Shown here piece by piece: positions 61,648 through 63,331 of a stretch of DNA of 63,331 bases. The DNA lies in the IMG/VR virus record IMGVR_UViG_3300028585_000024, positions 1 to 63,331 of that record, one strand, 5' to 3'. Position 1 is the stretch's first letter, and every line of letters begins with the position of its first letter. A program made the translations under genes and the position numbers. Under the pieces are notes generated by a model. The model did no database searches. It was not told the origin of the DNA and worked only from the letters and a program-made list of their open reading frames with translations. The stretch is from a virus (taxonomy: Duplodnaviria > Caudoviricetes).

Positions 61648-62952
61648 TCACGATTTTTCGACAAATTCGCTAAATGCGTCGTCGTAGGCTTCCGCCAGTG
61701 CTGGCCGGCTGTCCTTGATCGACGCCAGTGTTGCCTTGCCCGGTGGTTGGAACACGAGATCCTTGAGCGCATCTTTCGCGTCCTTGTATCTGTAACCCTC
61801 GGCCTTCAGCAACTCTTCGGCCTTCGCCGGACTAATCAACTCTTCGGTGAGCAGATCGTCGCGGTCCAGACCCAAGGCGACCAATGCTTCGACCGCCTTG
61901 CCCTTGTTGCGGAAGACCCGATGCGAACGGCCTTCCACGGTCTTGAACAGCTTCAGTTTCACGCCGTCCCTGGCGCGCTTTTCGAGTTCTTCGCCCACCT
62001 TTTTGAAGAACTTCTCGACGGTGCTGCGCCAACCGTACAGCTTTTCCATTTCCAGCGTTGTCAGTGTCGCGATCTCGGCCACGATAGGCGCCTTCGACTC
62101 GCTCAGGTCTTCACGAAACTCAGCCATATCGGCGTCCGTCACTTCCTGCTCGAATTCGTCGAACGCCCCACCAGTCAGGTCGATCACCGCTTTCGCCTTC
62201 GCTGCGCACGTCGCCTGGATCTTGCACCACATGCACGCTTTTTCGCTCGGCGTGCGAGGCGCGTTCTGCACCCATGCCGCCGCTGCGCGTTCCTTGACGT
62301 ATTCGGCGAACTTGAGCAGATACGCTCGATCCACCGTCCATTCCTCAAACACGTCCAGTCTCGGTTGCGCGATCCGCACCACGATCTCTTGAAAATCGTA
62401 GAGCCAATCCCATTCGTAGAAAAAGCCAAGCGCGTACAGCAATGCCTGGCTATTCTCTTTGGCGTACACCCGAACACCCTTGCCCATCTTCAGGTCGGTG
62501 ATGACCAACCGCTGCCACGTACACGCCGCATGGTCGGCCGTGCCACCTTGACCCGGAATCGGGGTAAGCCGCGAGAAGTCGACCCGCGTTTCAACGTGAT
62601 GATCGCCAGGTAAAAATCTGCACCAGTCAACATACCGTTTCACGTACTCCATCATCGACTCGTCGACGGTGATGAAGTAGCCCCACTCACCCGACTGCAC
62701 GAAATGCCGCGTGCCGAGCAGGTGGATCGGACGGAAGCCGTCTTTCAACCAGGTCTCGCCGACCATGTGGCCGACTGTCCCGTAGGCGGCATCCTCGCCC
62801 GAATCGTCTTCTGCAAACAGGTTCGGGATTAGCGAACCGCTGCAACCGAGCCACATCGGCGATCCAGACGGTGAGAAGACAGAGTGACCCCCATCCACAA
62901 TCCGCTGCATCGCCGCCCGCATGTCTGCGAGCGAGAATGTGTGCTCGGTCAT
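61648..62952 (-). CDS. DUF2800/Cas4-like PD-(D/E)xK exonuclease
   Basis: HSVFSPS..WLGC.GS, GTAD, DLKMGKG, Q.LLYALG, CMWC...C. Confidence 0.85.
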   Translation of the reverse strand: MTEHTFSLADMRAAMQRIVDGGHSVFSPSGSPMWLGCSGSLIPNLFAEDDSGEDAAYGTVGHMVGETWLKDGFRPIHLLGTRHFVQSGEWGYFITVDESMMEYVKRYVDWCRFLPGDHHVETRVDFSRLTPIPGQGGTADHAACTWQRLVITDLKMGKGVRVYAKENSQALLYALGFFYEWDWLYDFQEIVVRIAQPRLDVFEEWTVDRAYLLKFAEYVKERAAAAWVQNAPRTPSEKACMWCKIQATCAAKAKAVIDLTGGAFDEFEQEVTDADMAEFREDLSESKAPIVAEIATLTTLEMEKLYGWRSTVEKFFKKVGEELEKRARDGVKLKLFKTVEGRSHRVFRNKGKAVEALVALGLDRDDLLTEELISPAKAEELLKAEGYRYKDAKDALKDLVFQPPGKATLASIKDSRPALAEAYDDAFSEFVEKS

Positions 62953-62965
62953 GCCGCTTCAGCGA

Positions 62966-63331
62966 TTACAGGTCGCCGTCGTCGCCGGCATCGTCGTCTT
63001 CACCGGCCAGTTTTTTCGTGGCGGCGTCGAAGACCAACTTCAGCTTGTCGTCAGGGATCTCGGCCATCTTCGCGACGCCGGCCAGGGCAACCAGTGGCTT
63101 CGCTTCGGCGGCACCCTGTTCGTCCTTGATCTTGGTGAGCAGCGCGACGACTTCTTCGCGGGTCGGGCCTTTCGGCGCGGTGGTTTTGCCCTTGCCGGTG
63201 GTGGTGGTCTTGCCGGTGGTCTTGCCGGTGGTGGTGGTCGCTGCGGCGTCGGCTGCGACGTTATCGGTCGATGCTGCGGCGCCGCCGAGGGCTGCGGTGT
63301 TTGCGTTCAGTGCTGCGATCAGGTTTTGGAT
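62966..63331 (-). CDS. acidic, low-complexity protein (start at 23 across the junction; ends DDGDL)
   Basis: open frame IQNLIAALNANTAALGG...TTTTGKTTGKTTTTGK...AGEDDDAGDDGDL* not in the ORF track. Confidence 0.8.
   Translation of the reverse strand: MQNLIAALNANTAALGGAAASTDNVAADAAATTTTGKTTGKTTTTGKGKTTAPKGPTREEVVALLTKIKDEQGAAEAKPLVALAGVAKMAEIPDDKLKLVFDAATKKLAGEDDDAGDDGDL

Noticed and set aside
1-63331. tRNA genes, integrase and att site, DNA methyltransferase
   Set aside because: No cloverleaf or catalytic motifs recognised by eye; absence needs tRNAscan and HMM confirmation.

Overview
The window is an essentially complete, circularly permuted ~63.3 kb genome of a GC-rich siphophage with Chi-like (Casjensviridae-type) organisation. 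The two window ends overlap by 8 bp (7/8 match) inside one gene. A long leftward arm encodes, in order: acidic protein, DUF2800-type nuclease, DUF2815-type SSB, family-B DNA polymerase, VRR-NUC, SNF2 helicase, HTH, terminase, lambda-like head genes, tail with a -1 frameshift chaperone, tape measure, an expanded paralogous tail-tip/fibre set, and holin-like/endolysin/spanins. A divergent HTH plus primase-helicase is followed by a lambda/Chi-like cos site at about 3551-3562, far from the terminase genes. There is a leftward cluster of unknown early genes (4.1-10.0 kb) and a rightward cluster (10.6-21.2 kb) that includes rdgC. I saw no integrase, tRNA or CRISPR array. The most striking unexplained signals are: (1) at least 12 unrelated, mostly non-virion proteins share an acidic C-terminus ending in Leu (-DDEL/-EDEL/-DDDL), suggesting a genome-wide protein tag; (2) about 10 copies of a 21-bp TGACA-N11-TGTCA dyad whose arms are the -35 boxes of early promoters, with one copy beside cos; (3) a compositionally distinct, AGCT-depleted 7 kb cos-terminal segment bounded by repeat-rich non-coding DNA. 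All product calls come from motif recognition and synteny by eye; no database search was run.
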